A stretch of DNA of 28,639 nucleotides from an uncultured Candidatus Saccharibacteria bacterium (GTDB lineage: Bacteria; Patescibacteriota; Minisyncoccia; Phycocordibacterales; UBA9973). Both the position numbers and the translations under genes were made by a program. The notes under the pieces are model-generated. The model saw nothing but the letters and a program-made list of their open reading frames with translations, did no database searches and had not been told where the DNA came from. The stretch covers positions 1 to 28,639 of the forward strand of contig CAYWZM010000001.1 of assembly GCA_964462355.1 (NCBI GenBank), written 5' to 3'. Every line of letters starts with the position of its first letter. Position 1 is the first letter of the stretch. Shown here piece by piece: positions 1 through 8,070 of the stretch.

Positions 1-41
1 TTAATATTAAGCAGTTATACATCATGCACCTTGATGACTCT

Positions 42-2414
42 ATGAAAAAAGACTCACTACGTATTCTGATACTACTTGTGGTAATAGTACTCACAGGAGG
101 TTTTGTAACAGGAAAATTAACAAACTGGGGACAAGTAGCACAAGTTGTGACATCAAATGCACAAGTGCAAATACCTCTTACTGTGACGGGTACACCAGTG
201 AAAGTTCCTGGTACGCTTTTTGGTGTGCATTTGGGATCGTACTATTCTAAAGTTCGATACAATAAAGATAATCCACTTCAATACAATCCAGTAACTGGAT
301 ACACATTTGATCAAGAAGAAATAAATGCACTCGACAATCTCGGTGCACGAGTGTATCGTTTTCCTTCAGGGACAGATTCACGCTATTATCATTTCTTTAC
401 TTCAAACACAAATACCACACCGGCGCGAGGTTATGGGTACAGAATGGAAGATGTAAACAATGATATTGCCGTTTACGGACATCACGAGGTTCCAAATATA
501 TATGGTACGCCCCAGCAATATATTGCATACGAGCAAACTCTTCCAGCAGGGCGAAATTTTATTTTTGACTATATTGATGATCTCAAAAGAGACAGTGCCC
601 GTGCCATGCTTGTGGCAAATGTAATATATGGCACACCAGAAGAAGTGGTTGCACAAATTGCACTCCTTAAGCAAAATGGTGTATCAATTGCTGGTGTTGA
701 GATGGGCAATGAGACTAACGCCGATGATATTGGTTTTGGAGGTGACCCTGCATTATATCTCGCAAAAGCTCGAACATTTGCAACTGCTATTAAAGCTCAG
801 TATCCAGAAGTAAAGGTAGGACTAGTTTCTGCACCGCATAGACTTCCTAATTCAGATGCATTTATAAAAAACGATGCGTGGAATACCGCAATAGCTAACG
901 CTCTGGTCACTGATAGTGCACTTTATAATGCGTATATTTTCCATTCATATCCACAAGTTAAATGTGACAGTAAGCCTTCACGAGAAGAAGTGTTTGATTG
1001 TGCAAATGAATACACAGGATTCATGAAAAATAGTCCAACAGCGCAGTCAGTGAAGGATGTTACTGGAAAAAATATTGGGTTCCCAACAATAACTGAGAGT
1101 TTTGAATACTACAAAACAAAGTTCCCTGGAAAAAAGATGTGGATCACAGAATGGAATCTTTCGCACTGGACTGGACCTGCATATCAGGGAAGTGGATATT
1201 ATTCAAACTCAATGTTAAACGCATTGTTTACAGGTATATACAGAAATGAGATGAATAAGTTTGCTCTCCAAAATCCAAACGTGATTGAATTTGCAATTCA
1301 ACATAATATTACTGGATTTATGGCCTACGGACTTTTTAATGAAAAATTGGCAGATGAGTCTTCGTCGATCGCAATGCCTGGAATGTTTTATGTAAAAAGA
1401 GCGCTATACCATGAAGCAATAATCTCAAAACAGATTTATACAAGAGGATTATATAGAGTAAATGTTGCTGCTCAAACAAGCGAGAATGTTGATGTGTATG
1501 CATATCTTGATCAAACTGCGAATAATCTATTCGTTTATTATGCAAACAGATCTGGTAAGACTGTTTCGTTTCCACAACTCACTTACAATGGTACACAAGT
1601 AAACATGGTTTCAAACTCAGCAAAATATTACCAGATGTCTTCAAACACACTTCTTGGAGCAATTGGAAAGGGAGGTGCAGGAGATTTCTTGTATGACACA
1701 CCTGACCAAATAAGTGTTGCAAGTGGAAGTATTCCATCGCCCGCATTGTTTGTTGTTCCACCGTATGCTTATGGATATATTTCAGTATCGTTGAGTTCTC
1801 CAGCTCAATCAAACACTGCTCCACTTGTTTCAATTTCTACACCAATAGAAGACCCTTCATTTACTACATCACTACCTACTATTACATTTGGAGGTTCTGC
1901 AAGTGACAATGATGCAGGAGATAGTGTGACAGTATCTTGGGAAAATGTAGATGCACAAGGTGGTGTAACTTCAGGTACAACTATTCTTACAAACGGCGCA
2001 TGGCAACAAGGACCAATCACACTTAAATCTGGAGTGAATACGTTTAAGGTAATTGCAACAGACACAAAAGGACTTTCATCTGAAGATACAATTTCTGTCA
2101 CATACACACCTGTGATCGACATGCAAAATCCAACAGTTAAAATTGTAAGTCCATTTGGAAACAACTTAACACTCAAATTTAATGACCCTGTAACAATCAC
2201 TGCGACAGCCACAGACAATATTGGTGTGAAGCAAGTAGACTTTTATGGAGGTTCAACAAAAATATGCACCGACACAACTTCACCGTATACTTGCGACACA
2301 TTTGTTCCTGCGGGAGTTGGTACATATCAAACAAACTCCTTTAGAGCATTTTCGAAAGACTATTCGAATCGAACAAGTAGTCCCGCAACAATATCATTTA
2401 CAGTGACACCTTAG
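42..2414 (+). CDS. Secreted/membrane-anchored clan GH-A glycoside hydrolase (GH79/GH51-like TIM barrel) with two C-terminal Ig-like domains, about 790 aa
   Basis: N-terminal basic+hydrophobic anchor (MKKDSLRILILLVVIVLTGG). RFPSGT, EMGNE (acid/base Glu) and WITEWN (nucleophile Glu) motifs. C-terminal NTAPLVSISTP.. and PTVKIVSP..ITATATDNIGVKQVDFY Ig-like modules. ORF track starts at 24; ATG at 42 fits the signal better. Confidence 0.7.
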   Translation: MKKDSLRILILLVVIVLTGGFVTGKLTNWGQVAQVVTSNAQVQIPLTVTGTPVKVPGTLFGVHLGSYYSKVRYNKDNPLQYNPVTGYTFDQEEINALDNLGARVYRFPSGTDSRYYHFFTSNTNTTPARGYGYRMEDVNNDIAVYGHHEVPNIYGTPQQYIAYEQTLPAGRNFIFDYIDDLKRDSARAMLVANVIYGTPEEVVAQIALLKQNGVSIAGVEMGNETNADDIGFGGDPALYLAKARTFATAIKAQYPEVKVGLVSAPHRLPNSDAFIKNDAWNTAIANALVTDSALYNAYIFHSYPQVKCDSKPSREEVFDCANEYTGFMKNSPTAQSVKDVTGKNIGFPTITESFEYYKTKFPGKKMWITEWNLSHWTGPAYQGSGYYSNSMLNALFTGIYRNEMNKFALQNPNVIEFAIQHNITGFMAYGLFNEKLADESSSIAMPGMFYVKRALYHEAIISKQIYTRGLYRVNVAAQTSENVDVYAYLDQTANNLFVYYANRSGKTVSFPQLTYNGTQVNMVSNSAKYYQMSSNTLLGAIGKGGAGDFLYDTPDQISVASGSIPSPALFVVPPYAYGYISVSLSSPAQSNTAPLVSISTPIEDPSFTTSLPTITFGGSASDNDAGDSVTVSWENVDAQGGVTSGTTILTNGAWQQGPITLKSGVNTFKVIATDTKGLSSEDTISVTYTPVIDMQNPTVKIVSPFGNNLTLKFNDPVTITATATDNIGVKQVDFYGGSTKICTDTTSPYTCDTFVPAGVGTYQTNSFRAFSKDYSNRTSSPATISFTVTP

Positions 2415-2427
2415 GAGATGTAAATAT

Positions 2428-2455
2428 AAAAAACCCCGCATATGCGGGGATTTTT
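2428..2455. terminator. Bidirectional intrinsic terminator
   Basis: A6-CCCCGCATATGCGGGG-A-T5; perfect 16-bp palindrome 2434-2449 just after the GH stop codon. Confidence 0.8.
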
Positions 2456-2464
2456 ATATTATCT
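2443..2464 (+). repeat. 22-bp direct repeat, copy 1 (TGCGGGGATTTTTATATTATCT)
   Basis: Identical to 3727-3748; the upstream CCCCGCA arm is also shared. Confidence 0.9.
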
Positions 2465-2495
2465 ATGATTCATCAATATGTTTCTGGTTTATTAA

Positions 2496-2524
2496 TTGAC
2501 TTTGCTTCTTTAAAATGACAGTAT
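2496..2524 (+). promoter_or_regulatory. Putative sigma70-type promoter of the DHS-family gene
   Basis: TTGACT (2496-2501), 17-nt spacer, TGn + CAGTAT (2519-2524); the -10 box is weak. Confidence 0.35.
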
Positions 2525-2580
2525 TGTATGAAATTGAACAAAATGTTCATTGTCTTTAAACAAAATAAAAACCAAAAACT

Positions 2581-3693
2581 ATGGCACTAGAAGAAAAACT
2601 TCGAACACTGAGTGATGACCTGCAGCAAATGATTGTTGTAGGTGAAAGAAGGTACACACCAGATTCGCACACTCCTATTACAAACTGGCTTGTTGATCGC
2701 AAGCGACATTGTAATGGCGGAAGGACTGTCGATGCAGGACTCTGGCTCAAAGACCATTGCGACAATGGCGGTAAAATCTTTATGAGCATGGCAGGAGCGG
2801 GCTCATCTTTCCAGATGGGAAGAGATATTTCCGAAATGATTCGTGATGGTAAAATAGCTGGCTTGTCTGTCACAGGAGCAAACATGGAAGAAAGTTTGTA
2901 TCGACTTATCTCACACGAAGATTATGCCTACATTCCAAACTATGAACAACTCACACGTCAACAAGAAAAAGAGTTGGATAATGCTGGTTTTCGTCGAATT
3001 ACGGACACCTTTTTACCGGAAGAAGAAAGTGTGAGAAAAGTTCTTCCTGTGTTAGAGCAACTTTGGTGGGAGGCAGAATCAACAGGTAAGTACTTATTTT
3101 GGCATGAGTATTTTTGGCAACTCTTTGAAAGAAATCTTATTACATTCAAAGAAGAGGATGCTCTCAATTGCTGGCTGTATCAAGCATGGAAACACAATAT
3201 TCCCGTGTTTGTTCCTGGAGTTGAAGATTCAACAATGGGAAACATATTTACCTACTACAGCTATAATGGAAAACATCCTTTTGTGTCAAAGTATAAACAA
3301 CGACAACCCGTTAAAATACAAGTCGTTCGTCATTCGTTTGAATATATGCACAAGTTGGTTGAGTGGTACATGGACAACACGCGCGAAAAAGGATTGGCAT
3401 TTCTTCAGTATGGTGGTGGGATTGCTGCAGATTTCTCAATATGTGTCGTTCCTCACCTGAAAAAGGATTTTCTTGCAGAGTTGTCAAATGATGAACAAGA
3501 AAAACTTGTGCGTTCATGGGCAGGATTTGTTGAAATTCATCTTGCTCCAATGAGTGCAGGTTCATATTCTGGAGCAGGGTACAAAGAAAAAATCACATGG
3601 GGAAAGTTTGATATTGATGCATTCGGTATTCAGATTTATGGTGACTATACTTCGGTAGGGCCAGACATTTGTGCAATCGTACTTGGCAAATAA
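2581..3693 (+). CDS. Deoxyhypusine synthase family protein (bacterial DHS-like / homospermidine synthase type), 370 aa
   Basis: Motifs SMAGAGSS, TGANMEE, RRITDT, VPGVEDSTMGNIF, GGGIAADF, GSYSGA..EKITWGK (catalytic Lys in the WGK motif) and YGDYT. Confidence 0.85.
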   Translation: MALEEKLRTLSDDLQQMIVVGERRYTPDSHTPITNWLVDRKRHCNGGRTVDAGLWLKDHCDNGGKIFMSMAGAGSSFQMGRDISEMIRDGKIAGLSVTGANMEESLYRLISHEDYAYIPNYEQLTRQQEKELDNAGFRRITDTFLPEEESVRKVLPVLEQLWWEAESTGKYLFWHEYFWQLFERNLITFKEEDALNCWLYQAWKHNIPVFVPGVEDSTMGNIFTYYSYNGKHPFVSKYKQRQPVKIQVVRHSFEYMHKLVEWYMDNTREKGLAFLQYGGGIAADFSICVVPHLKKDFLAELSNDEQEKLVRSWAGFVEIHLAPMSAGSYSGAGYKEKITWGKFDIDAFGIQIYGDYTSVGPDICAIVLGK

Positions 3694-3712
3694 TCTAATA
3701 ATTAAAAAACAC

Positions 3713-3739
3713 AATCCCCGCAATGTTGCGGGGATTTTT
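3713..3739. terminator. Bidirectional terminator between the DHS-like gene and rny
   Basis: AATCCCCGCAA-TG-TTGCGGGGATT followed by a T run, between convergent genes. Confidence 0.8.
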
Positions 3740-3748
3740 ATATTATCT
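3727..3748 (+). repeat. 22-bp direct repeat, copy 2; includes the last codon and stop of rny
   Basis: Identical to 2443-2464; on the minus strand it reads AGA TAA TATAAAAATCCCCGCA. Confidence 0.9.
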
Positions 3749-5269
3749 TGCGTACTCAACAATTCTGTTTTCTCTGATTACTGTCACTTTGATTTCACCA
3801 GGATATTTGAGTTCGTTTTCAATCTTTTGTGCAACATTTCGTGCGAGTTCTTTTGCTTCGACATCTGATACTTTTTCTGGAGTTACAAACACACGCACTT
3901 CTCGTCCTGCAGAAATAGCATATGATTTTTCAACCTCTTTGAAACCATTTATGAGTGCTTCGAGTTCTCCGAGTCTCTTCAAATAGTTTTCAACTGTATC
4001 TCGTCGTGCGCCTGGTCGACCCCCTGAAATATAGTCCGCTGTTTGTACAATGACCGCTTCGATTGATTCATGTGGGCAATCATCATGATGTGATTTCATT
4101 GCAGTGATGATGCGCGGATCAGCTCCAAACTTTTGCAGAATTCGAATACCAATATCTATGTGCGTTCCCTGGACTTCATGATCGAGTGCTTTACCGATGT
4201 CATGCACAAGTGCTCCTGCTTTTGCCACATATACATCTGCTCCGAGTTCTTCTGCGAGCATTCCTGCAATGTGTGACATTTCTATTGAATGCTGGAGAAC
4301 ATTTTGTCCATAACTGGTTCTGAAATATAGTCGTCCGATGATTGCAATAATGCGAGGATCAAAATTAAATATTCCACATTCATATACTGCCTGCTCACCT
4401 TTTTCTTTGATGATTTTATTTATTTCCTCTTTTGCTTTTTCAACGAGTTCTTCAATCTTTGCGGGTTGGATACGTCCATCAAGTATAAGATTTTCGAGTG
4501 CGACGCGTGCAATCTGTCTTCGTACTGGATCGAATGATGAAATAATAATTGTTCCAGGTGTATCGTCTACAATCAGTTCTACTCCTGCTGCGCGCTCAAA
4601 TGATCTGATATTTCTTCCTTCTTTTCCAATAATCTTTCCTTTGATATCGTCTGAAGGAATGGTCACATTTGTGGTCATCATTTCTGATGCAGTCGATGAT
4701 GCGAGTCGTTGGATTGATGTTGCAAGAATTTCTTTTGCGCGCTTGTCGAGCTTTTCGTGATTTGCTTGCTCCATTTTTTGTATACGAATCATCAAGTCCT
4801 CTTCGTAATTTTTTTCAATTGTGCGCACGAGTTCTTCTTTTGCTTGTTCTCTTGAAAGTGTCGCTAAGCGTTCGAGTTCTTTTGTTTTTTCTTCATCGGC
4901 GGCATCGATACGCTCTTTTATTTTTTTTACTTCATCAATTTTGAGTTTGATGTTTTCTACTTCTTTATCGATTTCGATTTGTCGTGCGTCGAGAAGTTCT
5001 TCCTTTTTGATAAGTCGTTCTTCTGTTTTTTTGAATTCTGCTTCTTTGTTTTTCTCTTCTTCTTTCAATGCTTCACTACGCTCTTCTGCTTTCTTTTTTG
5101 ACTCATCAAGAATGCGTCCTGCTTCTTCTTTTGCTCCTACGAGCATTTGCTTAATTTCAAGTTCCATTGAGCCTCGTTGTCCTTTGGAAATTAAAATTCG
5201 CAAATAATAACCGAGACCCGCACCAATCAGGGCAGCTGTCGTCGCGATTATAAGTGCTAATGTCGACAT
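3743..5269 (-). CDS. rny: Ribonuclease Y
   Basis: N-terminal TM helix, coiled coil, KH domain (KGKIIGKEGRNIR), HD domain (YFRTSYGQNVLQHS, HDIGKA) and C-terminal YPGEIKVTVIRE. Confidence 0.97.
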   Translation of the reverse strand: MSTLALIIATTAALIGAGLGYYLRILISKGQRGSMELEIKQMLVGAKEEAGRILDESKKKAEERSEALKEEEKNKEAEFKKTEERLIKKEELLDARQIEIDKEVENIKLKIDEVKKIKERIDAADEEKTKELERLATLSREQAKEELVRTIEKNYEEDLMIRIQKMEQANHEKLDKRAKEILATSIQRLASSTASEMMTTNVTIPSDDIKGKIIGKEGRNIRSFERAAGVELIVDDTPGTIIISSFDPVRRQIARVALENLILDGRIQPAKIEELVEKAKEEINKIIKEKGEQAVYECGIFNFDPRIIAIIGRLYFRTSYGQNVLQHSIEMSHIAGMLAEELGADVYVAKAGALVHDIGKALDHEVQGTHIDIGIRILQKFGADPRIITAMKSHHDDCPHESIEAVIVQTADYISGGRPGARRDTVENYLKRLGELEALINGFKEVEKSYAISAGREVRVFVTPEKVSDVEAKELARNVAQKIENELKYPGEIKVTVIRENRIVEYAR

Positions 5270-5280
5270 AAAATAAATGT

Positions 5281-5404
5281 GTAGGTATGCAACTTTTACC
5301 GTCCTGTGTGAGGGAAGGTGTGATGTCTAAGTAATTTCTTTGAGAGTTGGGTAAAAAATCGCTTCATGAAATTTCGGTAATCAGACTGTAAAAGTGGATA
5401 CTAC
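5281..5404 (-). ncRNA. Candidate structured RNA in the rny leader (cis-element or 6S-like RNA)
   Basis: 5382-5404 pairs with 5281-5306 (21 Watson-Crick pairs, 3 bulges, 2 mismatches). Inner AATTTC/GAAATT stem (5333-5338/5368-5373) and an asymmetric bubble. A TTGACA lies upstream at 5449-5444 without a clear -10 box. Confidence 0.45.
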
Positions 5405-5478
5405 GGTACTAATCTAATAAATTCGATTATCTTTATAATACAGTGTCAATGCGTATTCGTAAATAGGCTGACTTTGTG

Positions 5479-5515
5479 TCATAAAAAAGACGGCATAGTG
5501 CCGTCTTTTTTATGA
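5479..5515. terminator. clpP terminator (17-bp perfect arms)
   Basis: TCATAAAAAAGACGGCA-TAG-TGCCGTCTTTTTTATGA; overlaps the clpP stop codon. Confidence 0.85.
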
Positions 5516-6094
5516 TTTTGCCTTTGTGATAACTGCATCAATGATGCCGTACTTTTTTGCTTCTTCAGCACTCATCCAGTTGTCTCGTTCAACGTCTTTT
5601 TCAATGACCGAAACTTTCTGCCCTGTGTTTTTTGCCATAAGTTCATTGAGTTGTGCACGAAGTTTGAGAATGTGTCTCGCGTTTATTTCAATATCTGTTG
5701 CCTGACCTTCTGCTCCTCCATGAGGTTGGTGAATCATGACTTCAGAATTTGGAAGGGAAAAACGTTTTCCTTTTGCTCCGCCAGAGAGTAAGAATGCTCC
5801 CATAGATGCTGCCATTCCGACACATATGGTCGACACATCAGGTTTGATGAATTGCATGGTGTCATAGATTGCAAGTCCAGATGCGACTGACCCTCCTGGA
5901 GAATTGATATAAAGGTGTATGTCCTTTTTAGGATCTTCGTTTGCAAGGAAAAGAAGCTGTGCGATCACGAGATTTGCCATGTAGTCATCGATTGGGCCAC
6001 CAAGGAAAATAATACGATCCTTCAAGAGTCTTGAGTAAATATCGTATGCACGCTCGCCAAACTGTGATTTTTCTAAAACTGTTGGAATAAGCAT
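5510..6094 (-). CDS. clpP: ATP-dependent Clp protease proteolytic subunit
   Basis: [38 protein letters not shown] (catalytic Ser), MIHQP (catalytic His). Confidence 0.98.
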   Translation of the reverse strand: MLIPTVLEKSQFGERAYDIYSRLLKDRIIFLGGPIDDYMANLVIAQLLFLANEDPKKDIHLYINSPGGSVASGLAIYDTMQFIKPDVSTICVGMAASMGAFLLSGGAKGKRFSLPNSEVMIHQPHGGAEGQATDIEINARHILKLRAQLNELMAKNTGQKVSVIEKDVERDNWMSAEEAKKYGIIDAVITKAKS

Positions 6095-6126
6095 ATAAAA
6101 TAATGGTTATTTGTAAGAATAATGAA

Positions 6127-6155
6127 ATAATACCACAAAATATAGGTTTTTGAAA
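6127..6155 (-). promoter_or_regulatory. Putative clpP promoter
   Basis: Minus strand TTTCAA-17-TATTAT with the extended -10 TG. Confidence 0.45.
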
Positions 6156-6180
6156 GGTCCTGTATTTAAGAAGAGAGGTA

Positions 6181-6208
6181 TTGACAAATCACATATATTT
6201 GCTATAAT
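6181..6208 (+). promoter_or_regulatory. Consensus sigma70 promoter
   Basis: TTGACA-16-TATAAT with TGn extension, 30 nt upstream of ATG 6239. Confidence 0.85.
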
Positions 6209-6238
6209 ATATTCAGAAAAATCAAAAACTAAATAGCG

Positions 6239-6670
6239 ATGAAAAAAATGATCACGCTCTCAGCCTCAGCAATGATTATTATGGTGATGACCATTACCTC
6301 ATGCGAAGTTTCAAGTGACCCCGGATATGATGGCCCGTCTCAATGTACCTGTGGAAATGGCGGAGGTGGTACTGGAGGAAATGGTGGCGTATGGACAGGT
6401 GGTGGCTCAGGATCAATCCCTCCACCTATCGAAGGATATGTTTACGGTCTTCCTGCGGGAGGAATGATCGGAGTTGATACTGATATGAACGGCTCAGAAG
6501 ATATTACAGTCTACGCTCACCAGAATTTGTATGGTGACCTAAACAGTGAATGCTTCAACGTGTGCCCAGTAGGGTATATTAAAAGAGCAATAGTGTCCGT
6601 AAAATGGACACAGGATACATATGGTAATTGGAAGCAATTTGCTTCATTCACCGGATGTGCATCATACTAA
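6239..6670 (+). CDS. Orphan Gly/Cys-rich putative lipoprotein, 143 aa
   Basis: MKK + hydrophobic stretch + ITSC lipobox (Cys22), Gly-rich linker, five further Cys; has its own promoter and terminator. Confidence 0.7.
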   Translation: MKKMITLSASAMIIMVMTITSCEVSSDPGYDGPSQCTCGNGGGGTGGNGGVWTGGGSGSIPPPIEGYVYGLPAGGMIGVDTDMNGSEDITVYAHQNLYGDLNSECFNVCPVGYIKRAIVSVKWTQDTYGNWKQFASFTGCASY

Positions 6671-6693
6671 CACAAAGCGGTTTTATCAGCTTG

Positions 6694-6720
6694 CGCACTC
6701 GAAAGAGTGCGTTTTTTTTT
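6694..6720 (+). terminator. Intrinsic terminator
   Basis: CGCACTC-GAAA-GAGTGCG followed by T9. Confidence 0.9.
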
Positions 6721-6735
6721 ATTCAATTTAAGATA

Positions 6736-6763
6736 TTGACTTTTTAGTTTAAATTGATATAAT
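6736..6763 (+). promoter_or_regulatory. Near-consensus sigma70 promoter
   Basis: TTGACT-16-TATAAT with TGn extension, 25 nt upstream of ATG 6789. Confidence 0.8.
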
Positions 6764-6788
6764 ATATTAAATTTAAATTAACAAAAAA

Positions 6789-6932
6789 ATGGTAACAAAG
6801 TTGATTCTTGATCTGGCAACCTTAACAGGTATTCCAGTCATCTGTTGGGCAATAGGATTCGCTGTGCTCTGCACAACAATCTTGTTTAGTATGAAGTCAG
6901 TAGAAACACCTGACATCAGACTCCCCAAGTAG
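6789..6932 (+). CDS. Small hydrophobic membrane protein, 47 aa (not in ORF track)
   Basis: MVTKLILDLATLTGIPVICWAIGFAVLCTTILFSMKSVETPDIRLPK; first ATG after a strong promoter; one TM-length stretch. Confidence 0.6.
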   Translation: MVTKLILDLATLTGIPVICWAIGFAVLCTTILFSMKSVETPDIRLPK

Positions 6933-6958
6933 AATCAACCTACGACCACAAAACCCTA

Positions 6959-6987
6959 AAAGGGTCGGCCCAAATTGCCGACCCTTT
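6959..6987. other. 11-bp GC-rich hairpin between the two small ORFs
   Basis: AAAGGGTCGGC-CCAAATT-GCCGACCCTTT; only a short U tract on either strand. Confidence 0.6.
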
Positions 6988-7017
6988 CACTGTCTGAACC
7001 TTAAACCACATATATGC

Positions 7018-7173
7018 ATGCTTAAACTAGTCACCATCCTCTCGGCAAGTGATTTATCTACACAAACTGATGATAATCACTCAAAAATCACAGGGATAAT
7101 TGTACTGCTTGCAATTTTTATTATCTCAGCATTGGTTGCTGTGAATGATAAAAAACACAAAAGAAATTCTTAA
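7018..7173 (+). CDS. Small single-pass membrane protein, 51 aa (not in ORF track)
   Basis: MLKLVTILSASDLSTQTDDNHSKITGIIVLLAIFIISALVAVNDKKHKRNS; clear TM helix followed by a basic tail; its stop abuts a terminator. Confidence 0.55.
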   Translation: MLKLVTILSASDLSTQTDDNHSKITGIIVLLAIFIISALVAVNDKKHKRNS

Positions 7174-7175
7174 GC

Positions 7176-7204
7176 AAAAAGTCCCGACAGGTCGGGACTT
7201 TTTT
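7176..7204. terminator. Bidirectional terminator
   Basis: AAAAAGTCCCGA-CAGG-TCGGGACTTTTTT between convergent genes. Confidence 0.85.
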
Positions 7205-7986
7205 TATTGAGCTTCTTTTATTGCATCAAAGAGGGCAGTGTAACCTTGTTGAATTGAGTCTCGAGCATTTTTAACGTACTCAGAGAGAAGTTTTTGAATG
7301 CCTGGAACAGAATCTGGTACTGTTGAGTCTTTTATATAGTGACGAGAGTTTCGAATTGCTTCATCAAGATTAAGAAGGGCATTCTTTGCTTGTGTCGTAT
7401 CTTTTCCTTCTTGCTCCATAAGAGTAATTTTTTCAGAAAGAGAGTCGCGTGCATCTTCTAGTCGAGCGAGGTTTAATTGAAATCTGTATGAAATATTTTT
7501 TCGTGATACTTCAAATTGAGCAACTTTCAACGCCAATTCCTCTGCATCTTTTATTTCTTGGTCGGTTTGTTCCTCTGTTTCAAGTGGTACTTCTTGGTTT
7601 TCGGTCAAAACTTCTTCTTGGGGAGTGTCTTGGATGCTTTCAGTTGTGTCAGTATTTTGTTCTGATGATTGATTTGATTCATCTCGAGTAGTTTCTTGGT
7701 CGTCAGGTTGAGCATTTTCTGTAATCTCTCTGATTTCTTCACTGGTGAGTTCTTGTTCTGTAGATACCGCTTCGTCTTGTGCTGGGTCTGAAGAGATATC
7801 TTCACTTCGTTCAGATTGTGCTTCTTCAATGATACTCTCAGATTCGTCGTTGACCGACGGATTTGCAACCTGTGATATTTGGAAGAGCGCACGAAATGAA
7901 GGATTTTCTTCTACGAATGTAGTAAATACACTTAATCCAATAATTAGTACAGGTAGTATGAAGATTGAAAGGCGAGTATTGTGCAT
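7204..7986 (-). CDS. Membrane-anchored protein with an acidic disordered linker and C-terminal helical domain, 260 aa
   Basis: N-terminal TM, E/D/Q/T-rich middle, helical C-terminus resembling part of 9679-10536. TGn-TATACT promoter at 8004-7996, 9 nt before the ATG. Confidence 0.75.
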   Translation of the reverse strand: MHNTRLSIFILPVLIIGLSVFTTFVEENPSFRALFQISQVANPSVNDESESIIEEAQSERSEDISSDPAQDEAVSTEQELTSEEIREITENAQPDDQETTRDESNQSSEQNTDTTESIQDTPQEEVLTENQEVPLETEEQTDQEIKDAEELALKVAQFEVSRKNISYRFQLNLARLEDARDSLSEKITLMEQEGKDTTQAKNALLNLDEAIRNSRHYIKDSTVPDSVPGIQKLLSEYVKNARDSIQQGYTALFDAIKEAQ

Positions 7987-8032
7987 TGCATTCTCAGTAT
8001 ATCACCAAGTTGTTAGGATGGTAAAGCTGGAA

Positions 8033-8070
8033 TATAAAAAACTGCAGTGTATACATTGCAGTTTTTTATA
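8033..8070. terminator. tig terminator (near-perfect 38-bp palindrome)
   Basis: TATAAAAAACTGCAGTGTATACATTGCAGTTTTTTATA, one G-T position. Confidence 0.8.

Noticed and set aside
7099-7127. Antisense promoter (minus-strand TACAAT at 7104-7099) that would make the small-ORF pair a type I toxin-antitoxin locus
   Set aside because: No -35 element or TG extension at the proper spacing; a lone hexamer is expected by chance in AT-rich DNA.
7580-7830. Acidic Q/E/T/D-rich stretch as a tandem-repeat locus
   Set aside because: Low-complexity coding sequence without a discernible nucleotide repeat unit.
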